Positions 1-14,300 of a stretch of DNA of 64,000 bases are shown in pieces (position 1 is the first letter of the stretch; each line of letters starts with the position of its first letter). Both the position numbers and the translations under genes were made by a program. The notes under the pieces were generated by a model. It made no database searches, was not told the origin of the DNA, and saw nothing but the letters and a program-made list of their open reading frames with translations. Source of the stretch: Bigelowiella natans CCMP2755 (lineage: Eukaryota; Protista; Cercozoa); NCBI GenBank assembly GCA_000320545.1, contig ADNK01003025.1, positions 124,001-188,000 of the forward strand, given 5' to 3'.

Positions 1-2300
1 GGTCATGATATTCACATTACGTCTAATGTAACCGTTCGTGCCGTGATGCGAATGTATGCGGATACCGATTGCGATACCCAAGGTGATATCAACGTCGGGC
101 CAAATGCAACCATTACAGTCGACAGCGACATCTTCATGTCTGCTAACGATATGGATCTCCAAGGCTTCATTATTAATCCAGGACAGAACTTCTGGTATGA
201 TGTCTGCCCTGGACGATCCATCCAGCTGGGAGGAATTACCAGGAATACACCTGATGCCCTTGTCCTCTACCAAACAGAGGTCGATCACATCTTAACAGAA
301 AATATGACGTGGTCTTCCAAGGTAGGGGTAATTGAGGTCTATAATATCCTCCTTGAAGAGTCGCAAGATATCTACAGAGTTACATTGGATGCATCTCTGG
401 GTGGCCGTACTAACTTCTTTGAGCCAACATGGTTCGGAGAAATACTGGTCAACTCGGGCAACGGAACCTTCATTCACAAGAACATTACTGCCACGCACGG
501 AAATGCGATCTTCGAAGGAAATTGGAACCTCACTGCAACAGTTCCAAATGATATCTTCATTGGAAAACATGTCACCATCCGTGCTCATCATGGAAAGATC
601 TTCCTAAATCCTACTATGACTGGTAGAATGCAGATGATTGCACCTCTTGGCTTAGTTGCGGGAGAGGACATTATGTTTGGAGCACCGATGGATATCCACG
701 GGGATGGCTCGGTGTATTTCAGAACAGACTACAACGTGGTAGGATATGGTGAATTGTTCTGCTTCAGGACATCAAATATCTCCATTGTGTCTAAGAACGT
801 CACGGAAATTAAGTTTATCAGCAAAGACATCCATTTCGAATGCTGGCTTGAGGCGAATATGTCACATGTTCACTTCATTACCTCAGCATCTCAAAATTGG
901 GCAATGTCTATTGGACACTTCCATGAAGGTTACCATCTCTCAGATGAGGAGCTTGATCACGTTGAAACACGTGGTGATCTCATCATCGGGGACGAAACAA
1001 CTGGTACCATCTACTTTGATGGCGCTACTTATCTTGGAAACGCATTCCAGCTGAATATTACCAATGCACGTGATCCTACCACATCGGTGATCTTCCACAA
1101 TAAGTCGTCTCTATTCACACAAGAAATGTGGTTGCGAACTCGTCACAACGTATCAGTTAGAACAAATGTGACTGTGAAGTATGGGGAAACTCATATGTTC
1201 GCGGATACCCGTTGTGCAAGAACCGGGACGATTTACATCGCACCTGAAGCCACATTCAGCAGTGCCGACAACGTCATTGATATCCGTACGCACGACATGA
1301 TAGTCGATGGATATCTAAGATCTGGAAGTGAATCACTTTCTATCGAAGTGTGCCCAGACAATGTTGTCCAAGTGGGAGGAGATGAAATCGAACATCAGGA
1401 CCTTGTGCTGTTACAGCCTGAGCTTCAGCACATTGAATGTAACAACATCAGCTTCCACGCTCCAAATGGCCATGTACATCTCTACAGGATCACACAGTAC
1501 GACTTGGCAACCATCGCTAACAAGTTCCATGTGAATACGTCTGTTGCTAATGGAAACGTCACCTTCCATGAGAATGGTGATTTCCACATTCTGTACGTGT
1601 TTGCTGGCCATACGACTGTGATTGAGGCTAACCTTACAACCTCGATGGGAGCAATGTGGTTCCTTTCTTCGTTGAAGGACACCAACGTGAGTGTCGATCT
1701 ATCTACTCCGAATTGGAATCTGGATGAAAGAGAACTATTTGCCTTCCAGTATGATGAGGCTGAACACGGAGCCGGAATTATCGAAGTGAAGAGCAATGTA
1801 ACTATCGAACCTCACACTGACCTTTACATGAAGTCTGACCCAAGAGGTCTAGTCTTCAGAAACCACATCATGATTGATGCTGGGGACAATGTGTACATTG
1901 AGAGTCCAATGCTAGTAACAGGCGATGGTTCTCTTTACATCAACGCCGACAGGAAAGATGCAGGAACCGGAAACTTCAGTCTTGGCCAACTGTCACCAAT
2001 TACTGCACCATCTTTGAAACTATTAGAGATCCACGCAGCGACAGTAATGATTGAATCAGATGTTTACTGCACACATTGCTTTATCATCATTGATCCAACG
2101 GTATTCGAGGACCTATCAATTGGGGCAAACGAAACCGGATTGGCGATCACTGAAAAGGAATTGAACTACTTCCACACCAATAAGACTTTGACCCTCGGAG
2201 GATATCACACAACAGATATTTACGTGTCTCACATTGTGTTCAATACTCCTGGTGAACTCGAGATTAGAGGATTAAGAGAGAGTGCATTTGTAGGTTTGTA
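1..2300 (+). other. N-terminal ~385-aa beta-strand-rich super-repeats (at least 2 copies), resembling filamentous-haemagglutinin-type beta-solenoid units
   Basis: Paired motifs recur: MYADTDCDTQGDI / MFADTRCARTGTI; DVCPGRSIQLGG / EVCPDNVVQVGG; GDGSVYFRTD / GDGSLYINAD; LSDEELDHVETRGDLIIG / ITEKELNYFHTNKTLTLG. Confidence 0.6.
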
Positions 2301-5300
2301 CAAGGAGCATAACCCAAGGAAGATCACGGTGTACAACGAGACAACCATCAACGATGCGCCTCTTCTTGTAGATACAAAGTTCTACGAAGTCGAACTGAAA
2401 CTTGGCTTTGAAAGCGTCCACTTCAAAGACTTCAATACTTCCACAAAGTATGATTTCACTGTTTCCACAGTCTTCGGTGGACTCACGTTCGAATCCGATA
2501 GCACCCGCTACACTTCCCATGGAGTCGGAGATCTTCAAGTTATCCAATTCACCCACACCGCGAAGTACATTGAAGAAGCTCTCAAGACTCTTACATTTGT
2601 AAGAGATAAGAACATCATGGGAGGGGATACAATTGAGATTCGAATCGATTCACCACAGATGGACACTCCTCTAACCACTTCAATCGATGTGAATATGGGA
2701 GAACATAGCTTTGATGGAATGACGTCAACCCTTGTTGGTGGAAAACGCGGATTCAAAGAGGGATATGCGACAGCCTCGCGCTTAGAACAGCCAAAGGGTC
2801 TTGTTGCAACATCCCCAACAACCTTATACGTTGCAGACACCCTCAACCATTGTATTCGTAAGATCGAGAACGGAACTATAACGACGGTGGCCGGAGATTA
2901 TCATTTCCCTGGTCATATCCGCGGAATTGCCCCAGCCACATTCCCTGGCCATGTGGATGGAACTGGCTCAAATGCGAGATTCCATTCTCCAAGAGGGCTT
3001 GCCGTACGTGGAAATTCGATCATTGTTGCTGATACAGAGAACAATGCAATTCGTATTGTGTACTTCAATGGTACGGTGGCCACTCTAGCAGGAGGGGACG
3101 GGTACCACTACCGCAATGGAGTGAATGAAGTTGCTCAGTTCCGTAGGCCAACTGGTGTTGCAGTTAACGGCACAGACGTGTTCGTAGCAGATAGCGAGAA
3201 TAATGTCATTCGCCTCATTAGAGGAGGTGTGACTTCTACCTTCGCAGGAAGTGGAATTTATGGCATTGAGAATGGGCCAGCAATGGATTGCCGATTCAAA
3301 CACCCATCCGATGTTATAATCATGCAAGATGGCTGGCTCGCCGTCGCGGACGCCCACAACCATGTCATCCGTAAGGTTGAACACGGAATAGTAAGCACTT
3401 TTGTTGGAAAGATGGGACAACAAGGATATGCAAATGGATACGGCACAAATGCTCAGTTCCATTATCCTGTTGCAGTCACTGTCGACACACAAGGGACCTT
3501 GTATGTGAGTGATGCAATGAACCATCGCATTCGACTAGTAACCAAAGACGGCCTTGTTAGCACTCTTGTCGGAAAACTTCAGGGCAGCCGAGATGGGTCA
3601 ACTCTCTTTGCTGCACTACTTGACAGACCACACCAAGTTGCCGTATTTGATCCTATGCAGGTGTGGATTGCTGATTCCGCAAATGATGTGATCCGCAAGG
3701 TGCAATATCCACCACCAGCTCCTGTGATCTCTAGAATCTATCCAGAGGTTGGCTCTGTGGAAGGTGGCACTCAAATATTTGTTGTCGGAGAATTCCGATA
3801 CAAGCACACACTCTACTGCCAATTCAGTGGATACGATTTGTTGCCTGCACTTTACATGAACACGACACATGCAGAATGCATCAGTCCTCCATCCAGGCGT
3901 GCGGGACCAACCAGGCTTCGCATTGTGTACAAAATTATGTACAATCTGGACTACGTTCCACAAACACATATCCAGACTTCGAATAGTATAGAATATGTGT
4001 ACATGGCTTCTTCTCTAGTCTACAACGTGGTTGGCTTAAATCCAACTGCAGGAATTGTAGAGGGCGGAACTTTGGTTGAAATGTATGGCAAGAGCTTTGG
4101 AGATGAAACAGCACTACATTGTCGCCTTGCCGGAAAGAATGTCCGGGGTAGATGGGTGGATGAACATCATATCCTATGCGATACGCCTGTCAATATTGCA
4201 AGTAACCTTTCGATATTCACAACTATGAACGGTCAGCAGTACGAATCTTCTAGTCTGAAGTATCAATACAGGCCGTCTATTCAGTTGAACACTTCAAATC
4301 CAAATAATGTGCCGGTAATTGATAATACCGTGATCTCCATTCACGGTAGCAATTTTGTTCCATCCAGTACTCTCATGTGCTCAATAAATGGAACGGTTGT
4401 ACCAGCATCTTATGTGTCGCCAACATTGTTGCGGTGCAGACTGCCGAGAATGAATGAAACCGGAAAAGTGAAATTGGCTGTGAGCAACAATGCTATGCAG
4501 TACAGCTATACCAATCTCACATTGAAATTGAATCCAACTATTGTTGTGGATGCGGTATATCCTCAATTCGGTACTATCGAAGGAGGAATCACAATCACTC
4601 TTTATGGAGACAATTTCATTCCGGGATCAGATCTGAGATGCAGAATTGATAATATGGAGGTTGCTCCAATCTGGGCTACGCAGAGAGAAGTACGATGCGT
4701 TGTACCGCCTCACAAAGAAGGCGAGGTACATGTTGAAGTTTCCAACAACAAGTACGATTTCTCGACTACTGGTGTTACGTTCGAGTATGTTCCACTGGCT
4801 CATGTAATCACTTTGACGCCTTCGCATGGTCCACTCAACGGAACAACTCGCATTGAAGTCACCGGGACGGATTTCATCCAATCCGAATACCTTCGATGCA
4901 AGTTCGGAAATCAAACAGTTCGTGCACGCTTCGTCAGCACCACAAAGCTGATGTGTGACGTACCAAGGGTCAACTTCTCTCACACAGTTGAGGTCGAGAT
5001 CTCCAACAATGCAGACGAGTTCACCCGAAATAAGGTCACATTCCGCTATGAAATGCTTCCTGTTGTAGTTAGCGTGCAACCTCCAACTGGTCCAGAGCAA
5101 GGAAACACTACAATAACAGTCTATGGAGAGAACTTTGTAAAGACTCCAAGATTTAGTTGCCGCCTCGGGGACACTGTTTTCCCAGGTATCTTTGTGAATT
5201 CCACCAAGGCCTTGTGCATAAGTCCGCCCACGCAGAAATTGGGCTTCTACCAAATGCGCATCACGAACAACGGACAGGATTACTCGACAGATTCAGTTGA

Positions 5301-8300
5301 TTTCGAATACATTCCTCCAACATTCGTCTACGATGTTTCTCCGATGCGTGGTGCTGTGAAGGGTGGAACGAATGTTACAATCAGTGGTATCGGTTTCATT
5401 ACAGATGGTGAGTTATTCTGCATATTCGGAGGACAACGTGTGAAGCCAATCTTCGCAAATGCAACGAGAATCGTTTGCCGAACACCTCCAGATTATGTAG
5501 GTGCTGTGCAAATCAGAGTATCTATGAACGGCTATGATTACACCTGGACAGGAAAGTTCTTCGAGTACGATCCTGTGGTAAGACTTGCTCAAATCAGACC
5601 TACTCATGGAGACATCTGGGGAGGTACTGATGTGACCGTCACAGGTCTCAACTTTGTTCACTCCCCAACTCTGCGGTGTAAGTTTGGTGAAATGGTAGTG
5701 GTGGCAAGATACATCGATAAGAGACATATTACGTGTGCGTCACCACCTAACAATCAGACGGGCTCAGTCAATGTCACAATTTCCAACAACGCCCAAGATT
5801 TCTCATTTGAGACTAAGCTCTTTACTTACTTCCCGAAGCCAGCTATTGAGCGTGTGGAACCAGTGGGCTGGGGACCATTATCAGGAAGAACTCTTCTTGG
5901 AATTGTGGGTCGCGATTTCCTCAATCTCGGAACATTGCGTCTTGTCTTTGATTCCCATCCATACAGAGTCAAGTTTGTCAACTCTACTTACTTGCTATTC
6001 CACACACCGGAGCAAATTCACCCCGGGAAAATACTATTGAAGGTTACGAATAATGAATTCGATTTCTCCAACTGGTACACATTTGACTACAAGTTTGATC
6101 CAATCATTTCGTCAATATTCCCAAGTGGTGGATCTACGGCAGGTGGCACTGTAGTCACAATCTACGGAAACAACTTTGACGTGGTTGCGAACAGGACCCT
6201 ATGCTTCTTTGGAACTGTAATTGTAACTCCACTGACAGTGTCACAACAAAGGGTGCGATGCTTGAGCCCTCCACAATTATTGAAGGGCCCAGTACCTCTC
6301 GATGTAACAATGAATGGCAAAGACTTCATTGATTCGACATTCAAGTTCAAATACTACGATCCAATTGAAATCTTCAATTCTACACCAGCCTACGGTCCGA
6401 TCACTGGAGGCACGCGAGTCACCCTCTCTGGTGCAAACTTTGAAAACAATGATAAGCTATTCTGTAAGTTTGGCTCTATCAACGTTACCGCAGAGTTTGT
6501 TAAATCCACCGAAGTGATCTGCGTCTCTCCAGCGCAGAGTGAAGCTGTAATCCAGGTCTCTGTGACCAACAACTACCAAGATTTCAGCTTAAGCACTACG
6601 CCATTTGAATATCTTCCTCCACTAGAGATTCATCGTATGTATCCTCAAAAGGGATACAGATGGGGAGGATACACTACATTATTGGAAGGACAGTACTTTA
6701 GAGAATCTGGTAGCATTTATTGCAAGCTTGGAGCACACGTCAGTGTTGCAACAGTCATTAATTCGACTCTAGCTCTATGCAAGATCCCTCCAAGGGAGCA
6801 TTTGGACATTCTACCACAAGAATTATCCAATAACGATCAGCAATACACGAACGCGTCGTTCATGCTAGAGTACGTCCGATTCCAGGTCGTAACCGAGATG
6901 AACAGGGCTTCTGGGCCGATCACTGGTGGAACAGAAGTGCACATCAGAGGTCTTTACTTCAGACCGGGCCCAGATGTACGCTGCAGGTTCGGAAAGGTTT
7001 CCGTGGTGCCAGTTATGTCTAACAGCACCTACATCAAATGTTTGACTCCTCCTAATGCAGCTGGATACAAGCATCTCTACCTCAAGAACCACGATCAGCC
7101 AGACTACTATGAGACTGGCTTGTCGTTCGAATATTACCAAAATGTGGAAGTTAAAGCCTTGCTTCCTAACCATGGTGAGGCAAACACCTGGGTATATGTC
7201 GTTGGTAGATACTTCAAGCCATTCAAGACTTTGAAGTGTCGCTTTGGAATGGACTACTTCTCAGAGGCAAAATATTTCAACGAAAGCATCATCATGTGTA
7301 AGACCCCACCTTCTGATGGGGTGTACAACGTGGAGGTGTCCAACAACGACCTGGACTACTCAGCTGATAATATCACATTTACAGTTCAGAAGAACTCAGA
7401 AGTGTATACAATAACTCCAGACTTTGGAAACATTGGAACTCCAGTGTACATCCATGGGGAGAACTTTACACTCTCATCGAATCTTCTCTGCAAATTCGGA
7501 GAGGATGTGGTCTCGGCTACGCACGTCAATGATACCTCGGTCATCTGTGTGGCCCCGAGATTATTCAGGAGCGTAGAAGTTGAGGTCTCTCGAAATGGTC
7601 TGGATTTCTCTTCGAACAAGAAGACTCTCAGTATCGTGCCCCTTCCTAGAGTCACTTCGATTGATCCAAGATCCCGCCCTATATCTGCGTACACAACCTT
7701 CGTTATGGTACACGGATCCGGATTTATCAATGGAACGACAATATGCAGATTTAATCTCACGTACCATTCAGTACCGGTGTTCTATTCTGACACCCTGATT
7801 AAATGCTTCATACCTCCAATCCGTCATGAAGGCTTCCATCAGATTTCCGTCACGAACAACTTGATTGAGTATGCTCTGCCTAAAGTTCACTTTGAGTTCA
7901 GGAAAGATGTCAAGCTGTTCAAGATTTACCCATACAATGGGCCTTGGACGCTGCAGACTACTGTAACTATTCAGGGTACAAACTTCCACAACTCGAAGCT
8001 GCTTCAATGCTCATTAGATGAGAATTACATCATCGATGCATTATATGTGACGCCTACTCAAATTGTTTGCATCTTGCCAACCTCGCCGGCTGGGCCAAGA
8101 TTTGCATACATCAGGGTTTCAAACAATGGAGTAGACTTCTCAGCTCCGATTGAATTCAAGTACACCGAGATCATAACATTGACTTCGGTGTCGCCTACAT
8201 TCGGAAAGAACGCCGGAGGCAATAAGATCCAAGTTTATGGTAATAACTTCTACTACTCGTCGTACTTGCAATGTAAGTTTGGCGACTACTACAGCTACGG

Positions 8301-11300
8301 TTACTTCGTAAGTTCTACTGAAATCGAATGCATCGTGCCGCCGATAGATCCATTTGCTGCCGATAAAGTTTTCGATGTTGAAGTAGAAGTAAGTGATAAC
8401 CAATACACTTATCGCGGAGACGGAGTCATTTACAGCTACAAAGCTCTTCCATTAGTGAAACACTTTGCACCTGCTGTAGTATCCTCCGAAGGTGGATATT
8501 CCATTACCGTGATTGGTGAAGGATTTGTCAATGGGTCTAGGTGCAGATTCGGCGACCAGATGGATAGAGGAGTGACTTTCATCAACGAGACCGCTATTGT
8601 TTGTATCGTTCCGTCGGTCAACGTCACTAAGACTATCGCTGTAGAAGTCACCAGTAACGGTCTTGATTTCTCAGAATCCTATCAAGATTTGCGATACTTC
8701 TATCGTCCAGAGGTTCTTGCAATCTATCCAGGAGTGATTGCTCCTAATCGTGTTTACACTGTTGAGGTCACAGGAAGATGGTTTGAAAATGCGCAGCTCA
8801 TGTGTGTATTTAATCGTACACAAATGACGCAAGCATTTTACTCCTCTTCGTCGAAGCTGGTTTGCGAGACACCACCTCTGAACCAGACCGATGTGCCTGT
8901 GCACGTTGTGGATATCTCGAACCCGATGCCATCTCTTGATAAGGGACAAATTCTGAAGGTAAGGGATCTCATTCCAAAGATTCATCGTCTGGATCCAGAA
9001 TTCGGTAGTGCACGTGGAGGAACAGTTATGATGGTGCACGGAAGCAATATCCGCTTCTCCAGGCATCTGATGTGTCTCTTTGGAACGGATGCATTCGTGC
9101 CCGCAACTTTCTTCAACTCTACGTTTGTTAAGTGTACCACACCTCCTCGTTCAGTCGGGCCAACTCGTGTCTTCCTTGTGGCGAACGCGCTTGAAAGAAG
9201 TTATCCAAAGATATTCACCTTCTTGCCGGGAGCTCCGAAGATCACCTTCATCAAGCCTCGAGTCGGTACAATGTACGGTGGAACAATCATTACCCTTCAT
9301 GGTTCAGGATTCCTCAATAAGACCACAAACTGTAAGTTTGAGGTAGAGACTGTCAAAGCTACTTATATTTCCCCAAATATTGTGCTTTGTAAGACTCCTC
9401 CTATGAATGTGACGAAGGAAGTTACGATCTGGTTGAGTCGAAATAACGTAGACTACTTCAAGACTAACTACACATTCGTTTACACAATGCCACCGATACT
9501 GCGGAAGGTGTATCCACAGTTTGGCATCGAAGGAGTCAATGTCAGCGTCACGATCAGCGGGGAGAATTTCGAAAGCTATTTTGTGACAAATACCAGGGTG
9601 AGCGGCAGGCGTCGCATTCCTTTCTGGGCTACTTCAGAACAAGTCATCTTTTCGATGCAGCCACGTGGTACTCAGGAGGATATTTCCTTTACCAGCAACA
9701 ATAATGAATTCAGTAGAAAGCAGATTTTCCCTGTGAAGAAGAGGCCGGTTTGGAGAGCTACAAGCCATACTGGATCAATGTATGGCGCTACTAAATACTT
9801 CATTAATGCAAATGGTTTGTTGAACAACACTGTGACAACGTGCCAGTTCGCAACGAGCTCAGGAGCGAGAATATTTGTGCAAGCACAATATATCAACTCG
9901 ACGACTCTCGTATGCTTGACACCACAAGATATGACGCGATTTGACACGACCCATGGTGCGACAATCGATGCCGATACGCTCATCACGGCGGATGCAATCA
10001 ACTACCACCAGTCAGGAAACTTCACTCTAAGATCTAATCCTTTCTTGGAGGGTGTGTTCCCACTGACTACTCCAGCACCAAGATCCAGCTACATCAACAT
10101 CACTGGTGTCGAACTGTCAAAGGGTAGCCAACTCTGGTGCAGATTCGGTGATAAGGATGTTGCGCCAAGGGTTGCAACAGACACACTTGTTCAATGTGTG
10201 CTGCCAGCTGAGAAGGCTGGAACTTCCTTGCCGATATTCCTGACAAATAACGGTGAATATTATTTCACTGGCAGCTACTATACCTTCCAGGCGGAGATCA
10301 AATTGAACCGCCTTGTGCCAACCTTTGGAACACCGGATGGAGGCACCTCGGTGACGATTATGGGACAAAATTTCGTTGATTCACCGGAACTACGTTGCAT
10401 CTTCGGAGCGAATACTCCTGTAAAGGCATCCTTTATCAATCGTACTCACGTTTCGTGTGTGTCTCCAGCAAATGCAGCCGGTGCAGTTGAGGTTACCGTA
10501 TCCAATAACGATATGGACTACTCCAACGCAGTACACTTCAGCTACATATCCAGTGCTACAGTGAATCCAGCAACTTCTATCGTATCTTCATATGGTGGAG
10601 TCTTCTTCACGATTACTGGATCGAAATTCATGCGCTCTCCTCGTCTGAAATGCATGATCGGAGATCGCCTCATCGACGCTCAATATGTCAATGAAACCCA
10701 ACTTGTGTGCGTTGCACCAGAATTCGAGGGAATGGACACAACACCAGTGAACGTTTCTCAGAGCTCTGATCCTCTCGAATGGACCACTAGTGCATTCTAC
10801 CAGCCATACAAAGAAGCTCAAGTTACTTCTGTATACCCAACAACTGGCTCTGTCAGTGGTGGAACTCTCCTCTCCATCAAAGGAACAGGATTCGACACCA
10901 TGTCGGGTATCGTGTGTCGCATTGGGGACGTTTGGGTCACGCCCACCTTCGCGAACAACTCCCTGGTACAGTGCCGCATGCCGGCGCATGTCGAGGGTCT
11001 TGTTAAGATCCAGATCAGTCATAACAAGCGCGATTACATGCCATCAGGAGTATACTTTGAAGCTGTTGCAGATCACGTCATCACGGGTGTCAAGCAGCAA
11101 TATGCGGATATTTCTGGTAACACAACTGTCCTCATTAACGGCAGCAACTTCAAGAACACAGAGAATCTCTATGTCGAATTCGGTGGTGTTCGAGTTAAGG
11201 CAATGGCGTTGACCAATAGTTTGGCAATGTGTGCGACTCCCAAGATGTCTTCTTTCGGAACAGTGGATCTTAAGATGACATCTAATATCGACGATGTGCT

Positions 11301-14300
11301 AGCATCTTCTACGGCTTTCACATTCAATAACGTGTCTATCACTGGCATGACCCCACAACAAGGTCCTGCTGCTGGCGGAACCGTGGTTACAATAACTGGA
11401 ACTGGATTCTCAGCAGGCGTACAGTTCTACTGCATGTGGAACGACACGTCTCTTCCAGTCTCCTTTGTTGATTCAACCCATTTGATATTCACCACACCTG
11501 CTAGTGTAGCTGGTGAGAATGTCAGAGTTGTGATCTACAACGACTTCGCGTATGTATCGAGAACGATGACGTTCTCTGTATACAACTTGGTGTCCCTTGA
11601 CAGCATTACGCCTGTGATTGGTATGACCACAGGTTCGATGAAGATTAGCATCAAGGGACGTGGTTTCTTCACCTCCTCTATCATATGTAGTATTGGTGGC
11701 CAGACTGGCCCAGCAACTTTCATTTCTGGATCGGAAGTGCAGTGTGACGTCCCAGCCTCCACAAGCGGCGAAGTTAAGGTTGCTGTGAAGGTGGCTGATA
11801 ATGCATACACAACTGATGCGACTGTCTTCGACTACATCGATGTGCCAACTCTTACATCAGCAGATCCACCAATGTTTGTAAATTCGAAGGCAATGGTGGT
11901 TAATGTATACGGTACAAACCTCAAGCATGCTCATCTTGCGTTGTGTCGCTTCAACAATAAGACAGCGGCTCCAGTTATGCAGTGGTTATCTGACACACAT
12001 GTTCAGTGTATCCTTGAGGCAAACACGACTCTGACGAAAACAGTATCAATCAGCTTGTACTACAACGATGCCACCATTTCGAATGAAGTAAGCATCGTGG
12101 CAAGCGAGAATGAAACTACGATCACGGAGGTTACCCCAACACCATTCTTCCTCGGTACAACTGAGACGATCACGGTGCATGGAGGAATCTTCTACCCATA
12201 CATCAATTATCTGTGTGAAGTCAAAGCACAGGATGAAGAAAGTTCGATTTCTACAAAAGCAAGATACATCAACTCGAGTGCATTGACCTGTGATGTTTCT
12301 CTTACACACCTCGAGATGACTCTTGTAGTGTATAATGGCCTAAGCCCTGTGAGTGCTCCGTTCAATCTAGATGTTCGACCAAGAATTTTGGTATCGGGAA
12401 GCTACAGGAAGCTTGTGCCAGCTGGAATGCAAATCAGTCTTGACTTCTACGGAAACAACTTCACAACGAATACTCGTTGCGAGGTCGGCTCGACGCAGGG
12501 TTCTGCAAGTGGCTCGTCTGTGCTACTTCATTGCCAATTCACTCTCTCAGAAAGTGATAAGGTTGTGAAGTTCACAAACATCCCCGGGCAGGAGGATGCT
12601 CTATTTGAGATCACGCCATACACCGTCGAGACTGTGTCTAGCGTTGAGAGCGTTCATGCTCTTGGTGTTGAATCGTTCGAGATTCCTATTAAGGGATCTA
12701 ACTTCCAAAACTCCGAAGATCTCATCTGCAGATCCGGTGCGACTTCATTCCCAGCAAGATGGATCTCGTCAACTGAAATTCGCTGCTTGGTGCCAAACAT
12801 GCACGCGGTTGCCAGTAGACCTCTTGAGATTACAGCCAATAAATGGACTTATACAACAGCAACGGAAGAATGGAATATGTTTGAGAAGCAAGTTCTTATG
12901 CAATTCATTAGTCAACCAACACTCACGTCAGGTTTGGTCAATATCGGTTATGTCTCAGTTACAGCAAGCGATGTCACAGCTTCATCAAAGCTTCACTGCA
13001 AGTTCGGTGATAAGGTAGTGCCAGCTTTCGTCAGCGGTGGCGCTGTCAAGTGTAAGCTTCCAAGAGACCTACCTGATGCTGTTTACGAAGTCACTGTGAG
13101 TAACGTTGGCGATCTTTTCCCAGCTTCTAAACCGGCTGGAGTAGAAATGTTACCACAAGTAACCAGTGTAAGCACAACTGTAGGAAAATCAGGAACAGAG
13201 ATTGTTGTCAGTGGTATCGATCTCCGCCCAGATTCTATATGCAAGATTGGTGGTTCAGCTGTTACAACTACTTACGTATCCGGTACTGAAGTCAGGTGCA
13301 TTGTACCAGAGCTTTCCGGATATAATGATGTGGCAATTGGACACCCAAGCGGAATCGAAGCATCGTCCACGATGCAGTACCATGGAATCAACCTGACTCT
13401 AACCAGTCTCTCTCCTTCTTACGGTCTGCAAGAGGCAGATGGTATGTACGTCACAATTACCGGCTCCAGCTTTGCAGGATTCAAGAACATTTCTTGCTTG
13501 TTCAATGCCGTGGCTTCCCTTGGAGAGCCTCTTGGACCAAATACTTTGAGATGTTCAGTTCCAGCTCACCCTGTTGGAGTCGCGAATGTTAGCGTATCAA
13601 TTGATGGTGTCAAGGTGCAGAGCCAGTTGCAATTCATCTTTGTTGAGGCTTACTCTATTGCAGAAATGTACCCATATCGCGGTCTTGTCGACGGAGGCGA
13701 AGTGGTACACATTAAGACAAGTAAGATATCTACAGCCGCAGCTTCTTCGCTCAAGTGTGACTTTAACTACACTCGTGTTGCTGCGGTTGCAGTCAATCCA
13801 TATTTGATGAAGTGTATCACTCCTTCGAACCTGGTTCCAGGTAGAATCTCGCTGAGATTAGCAGATAGCTCCGGTTACAAGAGTAACGCGATCAATTTCA
13901 CTTACTTCGAACGTGTATTCGTTGAGGGTGTATCACCTTCGAACGTGTCGGTAATCGGTGGAGACGTAATCACCATAACTGGTGAACGATTCTTCGATGG
14001 TATCGAGTGCTTGTTCGATAACACAACTGTTGTAGTTGCGACTGTTGTGAATGCTGAAACGATCACGTGTGTCACCCCAGCGAGATCGCGAGGTGTGTCC
14101 GTTGTGGAGGTATCCGATGGTGACCAAATCAAACATTACACGAAATTTGGAATGAGATTCGAGTATCTTCCTGTAACAAAGGTAACATCCCTTTCTCAAA
14201 CAAAAGCGCGAGTCGGGGAGTTGGTATCTGTATACGGTGAAAACTTCCTGAATCTCCCATCACTGCGATGTAACTTCGATGACGAGAGCGTCGCAGCCCT

